Source: a virus
Virus record (IMG/VR): IMGVR_UViG_3300010938_000012
Coordinates: 1 to 64,000 of that record
Direction: 5' to 3' (one strand)
DNA: 64,000 bases
Position numbers and translations under genes: made by a program. Shown in pieces: positions 37,422 to 46,991 of the stretch (positions within the stretch are counted from its first letter, which is position 1; every line of letters starts with the position of its first letter). Below the pieces are notes generated by a model, which was not told the DNA's origin, ran no database searches, and saw nothing but the letters and a program-made list of their open reading frames with translations.

Positions 37422-38117
37422 TTAGTTGTAACCGCCAATATGGACAGTCAACTTGTAAATATCTTGAAGCCTTGTATAATCTACTGTAAACCTTGTGTTG
37501 TCGGGCACATTTTGGAACAACTCGCTGAACGGATAATCTAAAAAACCTTCCATCGAGTCCATATTTGACGCTAATACGAAAATAATCGCTCGTTTTGTGG
37601 TGTTTATTGCGTGGTTTAAAGTTTTGTTAAAAACTTCCCACTTATCTTGTCCGTGGTCTTCGTTCAATGTCCCTATGCAGATTGTGTAGTCTGTAACCAA
37701 GTCGGAAGTGAGGTAGTCTTGTTGTATTAGATTCAGGTTTTCATATTTCTGTTTTCCTGCCAACACCAGACTATCCTTTGCTTCAAATCCCGTGTATGTG
37801 GGGATGGGGGATGTGGCAAGTGGTCTTCTGAAAACTAAATGTCCGTAAAAATCGCCCCTCCCTGCGCCGAGGTCTTTTATTGAATATATGCCTCCCATAG
37901 GCAAATCTTCTGCAACCCAGTTGTATATCAACTGTTGCATTTCTGCGGACGGGTATCCCACAACCTCCGGGTCGTTGACCAGATAGTCTGGTAGTTTTAA
38001 ATCCAACGTCCCCTCTTCTCTGTCCTGAACAGTTTCCTTCAACCCTTTGCTTGTATGTTGTGTTGGCGCGTCGTTTGTTGGTGAAGTTTTCTTATTCAGC
38101 AGGTCTTCTAATTTCAT
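37422..38117 (-). CDS. Class I SAM-dependent methyltransferase
   Basis: IKDLGAGRGDFY, YTGFE, DYTICIGTLN. Confidence 0.7.
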   Translation of the reverse strand: MKLEDLLNKKTSPTNDAPTQHTSKGLKETVQDREEGTLDLKLPDYLVNDPEVVGYPSAEMQQLIYNWVAEDLPMGGIYSIKDLGAGRGDFYGHLVFRRPLATSPIPTYTGFEAKDSLVLAGKQKYENLNLIQQDYLTSDLVTDYTICIGTLNEDHGQDKWEVFNKTLNHAINTTKRAIIFVLASNMDSMEGFLDYPFSELFQNVPDNTRFTVDYTRLQDIYKLTVHIGGYN

Positions 38118-38322
38118 TCTTTCGCTTGTTTAGTTTTTCGGACAGTTCTATGAGTATGTGAAAAGGTTTTTCTATGTCCTCGGTTACATTTTCCATCAAG
38201 TGCCCCCTTTCAAGATATATGTTGTAGTAAACTACTCCTTTTCTCTTAAATCTTTTTTGAACTACTCCAACTTCCTTGCGCCCTCTATTGGACACGACGG
38301 CTATCATGTTTGCTTTTATCAT
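38092..38322 (-). CDS. Small hypothetical (SH3-like) protein
   Basis: ORF in operon. Confidence 0.55.
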   Translation of the reverse strand: MIKANMIAVVSNRGRKEVGVVQKRFKRKGVVYYNIYLERGHLMENVTEDIEKPFHILIELSEKLNKRKNEIRRPAE

Positions 38323-38350
38323 TTTGTTATTTTTTGTTATTTTTTTGTTA

Positions 38351-39304
38351 TTACAGGGAAAGTATTAAATCAATAACGCCGGGCTGGGGGGTTATGTCCC
38401 ATTTTTCATAATCTCCATACTTGTTTTTTGGTGAAACGTTTGTATGTGCAAACAGTCCCTTTGCTTTTCCGGACACAATGTTCGGGTCATAGTCAAAAGC
38501 GGCAAATGGGCCTGTCTTTTTTATTCGTTCTTTCAACCCTTGAGTGATGTCTATTCCGGTTTCCGTTGAGATTTTTACAATTAAAAACTTCAAAGAATTT
38601 AACTGGGATTCCGTGTATTTGTGGAAGTATCTAAATCCCCTAAACTCTTTGCCCAAGTCGCAAACCTCGGAAGGGTTTACGATCGGGCCTTTGCCCGGAA
38701 CGATTTTACCTTTTGAGTCAAGGCTAACGTAAGTCTTGAAATCGTTGCCATCTTTTAAAAGCCACCCAAAGTTGCAGACCTCTATACCTATGCTTGCCCT
38801 GTGAACAACCGTATTTCCAATGCCCAAGTGCCAGCCATAATTTTTATGGCTGGGGTAGCATTGGACAATCTTACCGTCATGTTTTGAATCCAATGTTTGA
38901 AGGTGCCTGCCGCCTATGACATATTGTGCGCCCACTTTTCCCCTTGTGTCTGACTCCCACGAATCGACCACAGCAAAAGGATTGTTCCACCCGGCTGTGT
39001 GGTGTAAAAACAACCACTCTTTCTTTTCACCTGTCGTATAATATTCGTCAGGTTTTAATAAGTATTTGCTTATTGTATGAGATACTTCGCTTAAATCGGT
39101 AGTGATTAGCCCTTCTTTGCTGTTTTTAAATAACAGTTCTTTCGTAGCGTTATCAACTGCCCCTGTAACCGGTATCTTGTTCTTCTGCTGGAAGTTTCTT
39201 ATAGCCGCTTCCGTAAACTCGTCATACTCTCCAGTTAGCGGTACGTTCAACGCTTGCTGAACTTCTTTTGTTTCTGCCGTTGTCATCCATATCTCCTTAT
39301 ACAA
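38351..39304 (-). CDS. Endolysin: peptidoglycan-binding domain + amidase_2
   Basis: VQQAL..G.YDEFTEAAIRNFQ..TG.VD; LHHTAG, SIGIEVCN, HTNV, KWD. Confidence 0.85.
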   Translation of the reverse strand: MYKEIWMTTAETKEVQQALNVPLTGEYDEFTEAAIRNFQQKNKIPVTGAVDNATKELLFKNSKEGLITTDLSEVSHTISKYLLKPDEYYTTGEKKEWLFLHHTAGWNNPFAVVDSWESDTRGKVGAQYVIGGRHLQTLDSKHDGKIVQCYPSHKNYGWHLGIGNTVVHRASIGIEVCNFGWLLKDGNDFKTYVSLDSKGKIVPGKGPIVNPSEVCDLGKEFRGFRYFHKYTESQLNSLKFLIVKISTETGIDITQGLKERIKKTGPFAAFDYDPNIVSGKAKGLFAHTNVSPKNKYGDYEKWDITPQPGVIDLILSL

Positions 39305-39977
39305 GATATTTTATATTTCTAACCTTGAAAGCCTGTTTGCTTATGTTGTTAGTCGGTTTAAGGACACCTTCAAACACAAAAGGGACGCTTTTTTTGCTTC
39401 TCATCTGTGAATACGCTTGCGATACTTTCCCTATCGTAAGGCTGTTTCCTATCTTGTCCATACTTCCATCTTTGTATACAAGGTATATGCCCGGTTGTGG
39501 GTCTTTTGTGTCGTCTTCTTTTGCTCCGCCAGCAAATGTAAACCCTTTGCTGTTGAATTTGACATCATCAGAAACGAGACCGACTAAAACAGCGTCTTGG
39601 TTGAACTTCCGACCTATGTCGCCGCAAAAGCCTATAAAATCTCTCTTTGACATATCCTCTGGCCTTGTGAACAATACTGATTCCTCCACAGAGTCTTGCA
39701 AAGTTTCCGGGTCTGCATCTTTATATTCTACTCCGTCAGGCGCTTCCTGCCAGTGCCCGATCAAAGAGTACCCTCCCATCTTTTTTGAGGCAAGGGTAGA
39801 ATTAAGTTCTTTGTTTAACTGTCTATTTTGTTGCAAGGTGTTTCCATATCTGAAACCGGTGGCTATGCAAAAGTCTCTTTTACTTGCCATGTTTAAAAGC
39901 CTTGACAAACTGGCCTCACATATAGCCCCTATCCTGCCTGTCGTAATTTCTTGATAAACGTCTTTTAGTCTTAACAT
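39297..39977 (-). CDS. Hypothetical (probable internal virion) protein
   Basis: RLKDVYQE leader, EASLSRL, EES, KFNQDAVL; late motif and SD upstream. Confidence 0.65.
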   Translation of the reverse strand: MLRLKDVYQEITTGRIGAICEASLSRLLNMASKRDFCIATGFRYGNTLQQNRQLNKELNSTLASKKMGGYSLIGHWQEAPDGVEYKDADPETLQDSVEESVLFTRPEDMSKRDFIGFCGDIGRKFNQDAVLVGLVSDDVKFNSKGFTFAGGAKEDDTKDPQPGIYLVYKDGSMDKIGNSLTIGKVSQAYSQMRSKKSVPFVFEGVLKPTNNISKQAFKVRNIKYLV

Positions 39978-40017
39978 AATCTCTCCGTATTTTTATATAA
40001 ATATCTGTAAAAAATAA

Positions 40018-40515
40018 TTAAGGAAGCGCTTGTAGCAGCGCGCCGCTCCAAGGAGAAACAACTCCGGGAACAACGCTCGAAACATATTGACCTGTCAAAG
40101 TCATAATATGGGTTCTGAAACAAGTTACCATCATGTTTAGCATGATGTTGAAATCAAGGTTCTGAACCACGGGTACGCCTACCCATGTGCCCGGACTTAG
40201 CACTGTCACGACCCCAGTAGGCCCGGTGATGACAATCCCTGTCCAATACGAGAGTATGAAAGGCCCAATTTGATTCAGTATGTGCACTTCGCTTTGAGAC
40301 GCAAGGTTGGCGTTACATTGTGCCAGTATCTGTTGATTCAGTATGGGAAACTTGGGAGCGTTGTTAATTATAGTGCCGCCCGCTGTCATGGTGTCAAAAT
40401 GTAACGATACGGCCTGATGGTAGGCATCAGAGATAGTCTGGGCAAACTGTGGCACTGATATGTGCTGTTGCCCAGTTAATACCATACATTTTGTCTTAAA
40501 CAGACTCCAAGACAT
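40018..40515 (-). CDS. Hypothetical virion-associated protein
   Basis: ORF in late module. Confidence 0.6.
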   Translation of the reverse strand: MSWSLFKTKCMVLTGQQHISVPQFAQTISDAYHQAVSLHFDTMTAGGTIINNAPKFPILNQQILAQCNANLASQSEVHILNQIGPFILSYWTGIVITGPTGVVTVLSPGTWVGVPVVQNLDFNIMLNMMVTCFRTHIMTLTGQYVSSVVPGVVSPWSGALLQALP

Positions 40516-40569
40516 TATTTATTCCCTCGGATAAACCGCTTGGTTTTGGTATTTTTACTTTTGTCGTTG

Positions 40570-41256
40570 TTAAAAGTCTTTGCGGTTAGGGTCTGCCACA
40601 GAAATTACGTCAAGTTTAATTTCGTGAGTTAGCGTTTCGTTTAGGTGTACCCCTCCCTTTATGAACATTTGACCCGAATACTCACAGTTTGTGCATTGGG
40701 CGTTTTGTGTAACCTCTGCTTGGTCTTTAAGTACGCAGTTGTCTATTATAGACTCTTTGTTTACACGAGAGCCGTGAAACATTTTAGAGTTCGTTACTGT
40801 CGATTTTCCATTTACGCGCGCTGCGTTATGGAGATATGAGCTGTTTACGACCGAAAAGCCAGATACGTCAACATTATCTCCGACAAAGCTGTCCCTGACA
40901 ATTGAAGAGCCAAAAACCCTTGCCCGTCCGGCAACGGTAGAGTTTGTTACAGTAGCATTGTCACACACCTTTGCGCCCTCAAGAACAACCGAGTCGTGCA
41001 GCACTGCGTTCTCAAACACGTGCGCTGTGTTGAATACCCAACTATTGTCATCTTGAGGAAGGTTCGCCTCTGATTGAACGAACCCCCCAATCTCCCCTTC
41101 CTTTACGATTATCTTCCTGTCCACATATCCGTTCCTCTCCGACCCTTTTATAACCACCTCGAATGTTTTCAAGGCGTAAATTTTAAATACTTTAACGGGC
41201 AACCCTTTTGTTCCCGTAATCTGGCTGTATTCCCCTGTCAGTAGCTTATACTTCAT
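40570..41256 (-). CDS. Left-handed beta-helix (hexapeptide repeat) protein
   Basis: GGFVQSEANL..WVFNTAHVFENA repeats. Confidence 0.75.
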   Translation of the reverse strand: MKYKLLTGEYSQITGTKGLPVKVFKIYALKTFEVVIKGSERNGYVDRKIIVKEGEIGGFVQSEANLPQDDNSWVFNTAHVFENAVLHDSVVLEGAKVCDNATVTNSTVAGRARVFGSSIVRDSFVGDNVDVSGFSVVNSSYLHNAARVNGKSTVTNSKMFHGSRVNKESIIDNCVLKDQAEVTQNAQCTNCEYSGQMFIKGGVHLNETLTHEIKLDVISVADPNRKDF

Positions 41257-41501
41257 TCACATCTCCTAAATGAGTGTTATTTGTGCCAACACATAAGCCA
41301 ACTATATGTTGAGCATAGGCACTGTTGACAATATTATCAGCACCGTTATGGCTGTTGCTGAATATTTAACTCAAAAATCCCTACTGTTGACCAGCCTACA
41401 ATCGTCTATGTTTGGGTACGTTTTAACAAGGCAAGTCAACAGCAAGGATATGAAAGGTGGCGCAAGGTGCGTCGAGCACATTGTCACCTGTGGTGTGTGC
41501 A

Positions 41502-42137
41502 TCACAACCCTCGGCACAGGTGGTCAGCATATCGGCAAGACCTCTGTATGTCCGTCCAGTCTTCTGGGTGGACTGGCCGCCCATGTGCGTCTAATTCTGG
41601 GTTTCCAAGACATACCATGTCTTCAACAGGTGTCTTTTTGGGCTTAACATGGCTGTGCGGTATTTTGCACAAGTGCTGGTATCCAGAGTAGTCTGCCCAG
41701 CCCTTGGCCATACCAATCAATTTGTTCGATAGCTCCTTCGGCACTTCGTTGTAGTCGAACTCAACTATAACGTCCTCTATGTCGAACACTTTGTTTTGAA
41801 CAAGGTAGTCCGCCAAGGCCATTGTCATCTCACACTCCCTGTGCAGTTTTTTGAATATTGAGTCGAGTTTCTGGCCTTTGTCTCTGGATGCAGTGCCTTT
41901 TATAGAATCTTTGGCGTAAATACAGTGAACACCTCTCCTACCATTACAGAATGAGATAACCACAAAGTAGTGTATCGTACCTGCTGTTGCAATGGAGTCA
42001 CAGCCTATGAAAGCCTTTAAATTGGCGTGCCTTGACTTTATTTCAAGGCAGTGCTGGACCAAGTCAACAGGTACATTGTTGTGCTTGAATACTTGGTTCT
42101 CAACAATAAACTTGTTTTCCATTGCAGAAAATTTCAT
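41502..42137 (-). CDS. RNase H-like YkuK family protein
   Basis: FIGCDS, GRRGVHCIY, LHRECEMT, EFDYN, YADH. Confidence 0.7.
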   Translation of the reverse strand: MKFSAMENKFIVENQVFKHNNVPVDLVQHCLEIKSRHANLKAFIGCDSIATAGTIHYFVVISFCNGRRGVHCIYAKDSIKGTASRDKGQKLDSIFKKLHRECEMTMALADYLVQNKVFDIEDVIVEFDYNEVPKELSNKLIGMAKGWADYSGYQHLCKIPHSHVKPKKTPVEDMVCLGNPELDAHGRPVHPEDWTDIQRSCRYADHLCRGL

Positions 42138-42147
42138 GGTTGTCTAA

Positions 42148-42582
42148 TCATGCTTCGTCTTCTTCGTTTTTCTCCTCTGTGATTATGACTGTATTCAATG
42201 TTTCGTCGCGCTCAAACTCGTACTGTGGCTCTGTCAACAGGAACTTGTGTATCCTAGCCATAAGTTTGCGATGGGGCATGTCCACTATTATGCTCTCGCC
42301 GCTGGTGAGGAGAATCATGGACATGTTGTTGTTCTCAGGGTACTCCATTATCCTGAAAATATCCATTATGTCGTCCCTCTTTACCCACTCCCAGAGTATT
42401 ACTCCGGGCTTTACGCCCTCGTTTTGGGCGATAATTTCTACTGGCGACCCCACTCTGTCCGCTATGTCCCTTATGTTCTTTGGGTACATGCTTTCTTGGT
42501 AGGTCGGCAAGTCCAACCACTCGTTGTTTTTCAACCAAATTCCTCCGTCATTTGTAGATTGATGCGGTATCTTTAGGGACAA
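42148..42582 (-). CDS. Hypothetical protein
   Basis: ORF in operon. Confidence 0.6.
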   Translation of the reverse strand: MSLKIPHQSTNDGGIWLKNNEWLDLPTYQESMYPKNIRDIADRVGSPVEIIAQNEGVKPGVILWEWVKRDDIMDIFRIMEYPENNNMSMILLTSGESIIVDMPHRKLMARIHKFLLTEPQYEFERDETLNTVIITEEKNEEDEA

Positions 42583-42882
42583 TTATCGACATGACAGTAT
42601 AATATGCCTTTGTAAAAAGCCTCATTTTCTCGATATAGCCTTTTAGTACGCTGAACCTGATACAATGCCGCTCTCAAACACTTCCTTGCTTGGTGGGTGT
42701 CCCAAGCCATATACACACGGCATTGGGCAGTGCTAAACGCACGTCCAAATAACGAATACAAGTGTGCAATGCGCAGTGTTAACGTTGGCTGGCCGTTACA
42801 CTATTGACTGTTGTTTAGACCCTTCTGGGTCATCACATAGGTTACTTTGGCAATTTTTTTGATTGCCAAGGCAATCTTCTTC

Positions 42883-43197
42883 TTAATGGTGTTCGTCATC
42901 ATCATGTCCGTATCTGTCGCTTGGGTCTATGTGAAAATTACCCGCACGGGATATAATCACAAACACAGCAGCGAGTATTATAAAAATAAGCCCACACTTA
43001 CCGTTAAAGTTATTTATGTCTAAGAATTTTTTAGGAAGTTCAAATACACAGAACCCCGCCAACATCATGCAGATGATCGATAAAAGCGGAGAAGAGGTTA
43101 CAGTGACGTTTTCGTCAACTGCCCTTTGTGCCCTGAACTCTTGGTAATCTTCCCAATCTCGGTGGGAAAGGGTTATTTTTTTTCTTGTTCTAAACAT
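42883..43197 (-). CDS. Two-TM membrane protein
   Basis: ATG 43197 lies downstream of the 43228 promoter. Confidence 0.6.
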   Translation of the reverse strand: MFRTRKKITLSHRDWEDYQEFRAQRAVDENVTVTSSPLLSIICMMLAGFCVFELPKKFLDINNFNGKCGLIFIILAAVFVIISRAGNFHIDPSDRYGHDDDEHH

Positions 43198-43227
43198 GAT
43201 AATTTTGTTTTGCGTTAAAAGGTGGCC

Positions 43228-43259
43228 CAAAGGTACATCAGTAAATATCAATTCTCCAA
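43228..43259 (-). promoter_or_regulatory. Bacteroidota-type promoter
   Basis: TTG-N21-TACCTTTG. Confidence 0.7.
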
Positions 43260-43699
43260 ATTTTTTCGGAGTTTACTTGTTAATATTTTCCCAACGGGTG
43301 CATCAGGCTGCTCCAGTGGGCTGTCCCATTTGAACTCGAACCAGTCAATTCCAAAGTAATCCGCTAAAAATGAACCAATTGCACCGCTTCTTGATACTCC
43401 CATTGTAAAGTGTAGTACCAAAGCCTTAGCACCTTTGTTCGCTTCTACGAACTTAATAACAGCATCTGCTGTTGCTTCGTCGAACAGAACAGGCTCTGTT
43501 TGTGGGTTGTACCCCCTTCTTCATCGAATCAAAGGTTCAGGACATTGGGGGCGTATTCCAGTATGTTCGGCACAACCCCCTAAAATTTTATTACGAGGTT
43601 CGCGGACGGGTATCGCTGCGCATTGGTCTTTTAGACCTTTAGCACCATCAAACATCTCTATAAGGCTGCCCTTGGCATTACTTTAATGTGATTTTTCAT
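43248..43699 (-). pseudogene. Decayed protein-tyrosine/dual-specificity phosphatase
   Basis: NVLNL*FD, FDEATADAVIKFV, LHFTMGVSRSGAIG (HCx5R with C to F); several stops and frameshifts. Confidence 0.7.
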
Positions 43700-44283
43700 A
43701 GGCAGTACAAAATGGTTGATGCGTTCTTCTTTATCTCAATGTTCTCAGCAAACTCTCCGGCAAGGGAAAGTTGTCGGGTGTCGAACGGTACGGTTATCAG
43801 ATGTGTGCCGGACTTGGATTCGAGAGTGGCAACCACGTTATTCTCGTAGCCGGACTGACATTGGTTTATTTTTCCTGTGAGAGCGGCCACGTCCACCTTC
43901 TCCAAGTCATCAACGTCAACGACCCAGTACTTTACTCCATTGCCTTGAACAGAGTCGTGAGCATGGCTCAATATAGATATTGGGTTGCTCGCGCTTGTCT
44001 CAAGCCTTTCCAACATGCTCCTAGCGACTTTCCAAGACACGTCCCTGTCTGACTTTGGGTTCAGGTTTATGTAGCACCTAGCGTTGTACGCTTGGCAGAG
44101 AACCTTTATCCCCTCCATGATAAATTCTAGTTTATCCTCAGAAGATACAAACCATTCAGCAACCTTTCTGGTAGCACGTTCATGTCCGTCCTTGGAGCGT
44201 TGCAGAACCTGAACGTGGTAGGAGCCGAGGTCAAACCTCAACAGTGGCAGTATCAGGCTTAGGTTGTTTTTCATGGTTGTCAA
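43696..44283 (-). CDS. Hypothetical phage protein
   Basis: QRSKDG, NARCYINLN, WVVDVD, SKSGTHLIT.PFD. Confidence 0.7.
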   Translation of the reverse strand: MTTMKNNLSLILPLLRFDLGSYHVQVLQRSKDGHERATRKVAEWFVSSEDKLEFIMEGIKVLCQAYNARCYINLNPKSDRDVSWKVARSMLERLETSASNPISILSHAHDSVQGNGVKYWVVDVDDLEKVDVAALTGKINQCQSGYENNVVATLESKSGTHLITVPFDTRQLSLAGEFAENIEIKKNASTILYCL

Positions 44284-44468
44284 TTATTTCGTGCATTTCG
44301 CCAAGTAATCTCAGCATGTTGTCCACAGACTCTTCGATTTTATCGGCCTGTTTCAATCGTTCAAGATTCCCTCCCTCGATGTTGTCGAGCAGGGTGTCCA
44401 GTTTGCTTTGCGCGGGGTCTCCCCCATCTGGGACGTTAACTCAGCAACGAGCTTTTCAATCTTACTTC

Positions 44469-45212
44469 TCATACTTTTTGAGCAGTTGGCTTCAACCACA
44501 ACTTGTCGAAGATGTAGTTGAAGAGTGGCGGGTTCATCTCCCGGAAGGCATACAGCCTGTCCAGAGTCCTGCTCGTACTGAACCTGAACATCTTGTCCAG
44601 TTCTTCCCGGACGCGCTCCGTAGGTACTGTTTCCTTGAACCTCTCAACGTCAAGGCCCTCTATCCCAGAAACTATGTCGCTTGAAAGGTTGAACCCTTTC
44701 GTGATGGAAAACCTCAACGCCCTAAGAACTCGCAGCGGGTCATCGTTAAAGGAAGTGGCTGCATCAACAGGGCAAGTAAGCAACCTCCTCCTCAAAGCAG
44801 TCTGTCCGTCGAATGGGTCAATGATAGTCCCATCAATGTCACGGGCGATTGCGTTTAGAGTGAAGTCTCTACTTCTCAAATCATCTTCCAATGTGCCCAG
44901 TTCGATGTTCAGTGGCCGACGAGCGCCTTCTATAAAACCAGACTCCTTACGAGCCAGCACAAAGTCCGCCACAAGTCCTTGGTGCTGGTGTCCCTTTGGG
45001 AATTTTGCCCTGATAGTAAACACATCGGGCGCGCACAAGAACACCTCGTACCCTTCTCGGACTATTTCTGCACGAAACCAGTTGAATGCAGTTACAGCAT
45101 CAACGGTAGGGTCATCAGAAGACACGACCACAGTGTAGTCGGTGTCCTTAGACCTCAAGCCCAACAGCGAGTCCCGCACCGCTCCGCCTACTTCGTACAG
45201 TCCGTATGTCAT
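44469..45212 (-). CDS. tRNA nucleotidyltransferase (CCA-adding / poly(A) polymerase family)
   Basis: VGGAVRD..DTD, DL..RDFTLNAIA, DDPLRVLRALRF, ERVREEL. Confidence 0.9.
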   Translation of the reverse strand: MTYGLYEVGGAVRDSLLGLRSKDTDYTVVVSSDDPTVDAVTAFNWFRAEIVREGYEVFLCAPDVFTIRAKFPKGHQHQGLVADFVLARKESGFIEGARRPLNIELGTLEDDLRSRDFTLNAIARDIDGTIIDPFDGQTALRRRLLTCPVDAATSFNDDPLRVLRALRFSITKGFNLSSDIVSGIEGLDVERFKETVPTERVREELDKMFRFSTSRTLDRLYAFREMNPPLFNYIFDKLWLKPTAQKV

Positions 45213-45456
45213 GGCCTATCCTTCTTTGAAATCGTTAGAAAACGTGTAGCCAAGTTCAATTAAGCGAAGGTAGTAGCGAGTTTTACCAAACCCTGACCAC
45301 ACAACAACAACATGTCGTACTTGTATCCGACTTCGTTGAAGGCTATTTCGTTGACATCGCGCGGTTTGCGGATTTTTAATCTCATGCCCCTAACCTCGTA
45401 TGCTTATTATCCATCAGGGTGGGAAAACTTGTGGCTTAAAACCTGTGCTATGTGTT

Positions 45457-46533
45457 TCATAATCGTTCGCATTCGGGTTCGATCTGTTTCCAAATGTGTT
45501 TAGAGCAATCCTTGTCGTTAAACATAGAAAACACAGCGCTGCGATGAGGATATTTGGAGATACGCTCTGCAAATGCTTTCCTCGCGTCGTGTTCTGACAA
45601 CCCGTGCAAGTTTATCATATTGTCGTAGAAACGTTTTTCTATTAAATATCTTGAACGAATATCGGCCTCAAGGTCGGCATACTCTTTTCTCAAGGACTCT
45701 TCGTATTCGTGAACCTTTTCATAGAACTCGTCAGGCACGTCGCCGAGTATAGATGAAACCGGTTCGCCGTTGGCCAATGCTTGCCATATTGAGCGAGTAG
45801 AAAGGTTCGTCATTTGACGGTGCAGTTTGATATACTCCTCAAACTTTATCTTACAACGCTGTCCGTTAGAAAACCTGACCACAAACCCTTCTGCGTTTTT
45901 CCAGTTCAGTTCCTTGATTTTTTTCCAGTCGAGGCCGTCAAACTTTTTGACAATTGGAACGGAGTCAAACAGCAGGCCGTCAGTCGCATAGTTTAAAGAA
46001 AGTTCTTTTCCGTCTTGGAAACAGCCAGTAGCCACTAAATCACATACTGGGTACGAAACTACAATCTGCTCAAATCCGATCAACTCAAAGCAAAAAGTAA
46101 CATTTTTGAGTTGCAGATGGCGCAGGTATTTCTCAAACTTTGGATACTTTTCATCCAACAGTCTCTTGGCCTCAAGTGCATGAGGAGAGGTAAACGAGCC
46201 GCGAGACGCAACAATCATTTGACCACCATACCAGAACACGAGTATGAGCGAACCGTCCAACTTCTCGAATACTTCAAAGTCGTCAGTTGCTTCGTGCTTC
46301 TCCTCTTCCATGTTGAAGAATCGGTCAAAAGATTTAGCTACAACTTCATAATTGGAGTTGTAAACTAAGGCTCTGTATTTAAGCAAATTTTCATCCCACA
46401 GATTTTCATAAGTTACTTTTTCAGAGTAATTTATGATTTTCAAGTCCAGTGTTGGATGAGTTTGTATTCTTACTAACCCTTGTTCTTGATACTTTTGCTC
46501 AAGTTCTTTTGTGATAAGTTTATTCGCATCCAT
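45457..46533 (-). CDS. RNA ligase 1 (T4 RnlA-like)
   Basis: KSFDRFFN, EKLDGSL, SRGSF, FELI, EGFVV, KIKFEEY. Confidence 0.85.
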   Translation of the reverse strand: MDANKLITKELEQKYQEQGLVRIQTHPTLDLKIINYSEKVTYENLWDENLLKYRALVYNSNYEVVAKSFDRFFNMEEEKHEATDDFEVFEKLDGSLILVFWYGGQMIVASRGSFTSPHALEAKRLLDEKYPKFEKYLRHLQLKNVTFCFELIGFEQIVVSYPVCDLVATGCFQDGKELSLNYATDGLLFDSVPIVKKFDGLDWKKIKELNWKNAEGFVVRFSNGQRCKIKFEEYIKLHRQMTNLSTRSIWQALANGEPVSSILGDVPDEFYEKVHEYEESLRKEYADLEADIRSRYLIEKRFYDNMINLHGLSEHDARKAFAERISKYPHRSAVFSMFNDKDCSKHIWKQIEPECERL

Positions 46534-46990
46534 TTTAAATTGTATAGTAGTTGAACTGGAAGGTTGAACTTCTTACTTAACTCAGACAGTGAGTATGTAC
46601 TTGAGACATCTAATTTCAGAACTCTGTCATAAACTTTTTTAGTAGAAAGTTGTGTTTTATAGAGTAGGTACGATTTAGCAATATGTCTGTATTTCCCACG
46701 AGGGTATATTGGATTTTTGTAAATCATATTGGACACTTTAAAAGCCTTGACTCCACTGAATGTAAGTTGGTGTAACTTATTTTTAATGTTGCTTATGTGT
46801 CCTTTTATAGGAAGCCTGTCGTTGACAGCACAAATAAACTCCATAGTTCCAACTACTGACAAGTGTAAGCAATAAGTTCCATTACCATTGTTGTATATCC
46901 CTATACGTCCATCCCCTTCAATATACCCTTGCAAAAAAGAAAAGAACTGTTCATCTGATGCAAATGTAGGAAGTGTGTATGTATAGGTCT
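46473..46990 (-). pseudogene. Truncated LAGLIDADG endonuclease (second half only)
   Basis: KTYTYTLP..FLQGYIEGDG; no first motif and no proper start. Confidence 0.65.
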
Positions 46991-46991
46991 T

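Noticed and set aside
5000-42000. A phage bS21 gene to explain the SD pattern
   Set aside because: No small basic ORF with a bS21-like pattern was found in this window; it could lie elsewhere in the genome.
39268-45138. Long plus-strand ORFs (39268-39954, 44518-45138) and similar ones elsewhere
   Set aside because: They lie fully antisense to well-supported genes and carry no motifs.
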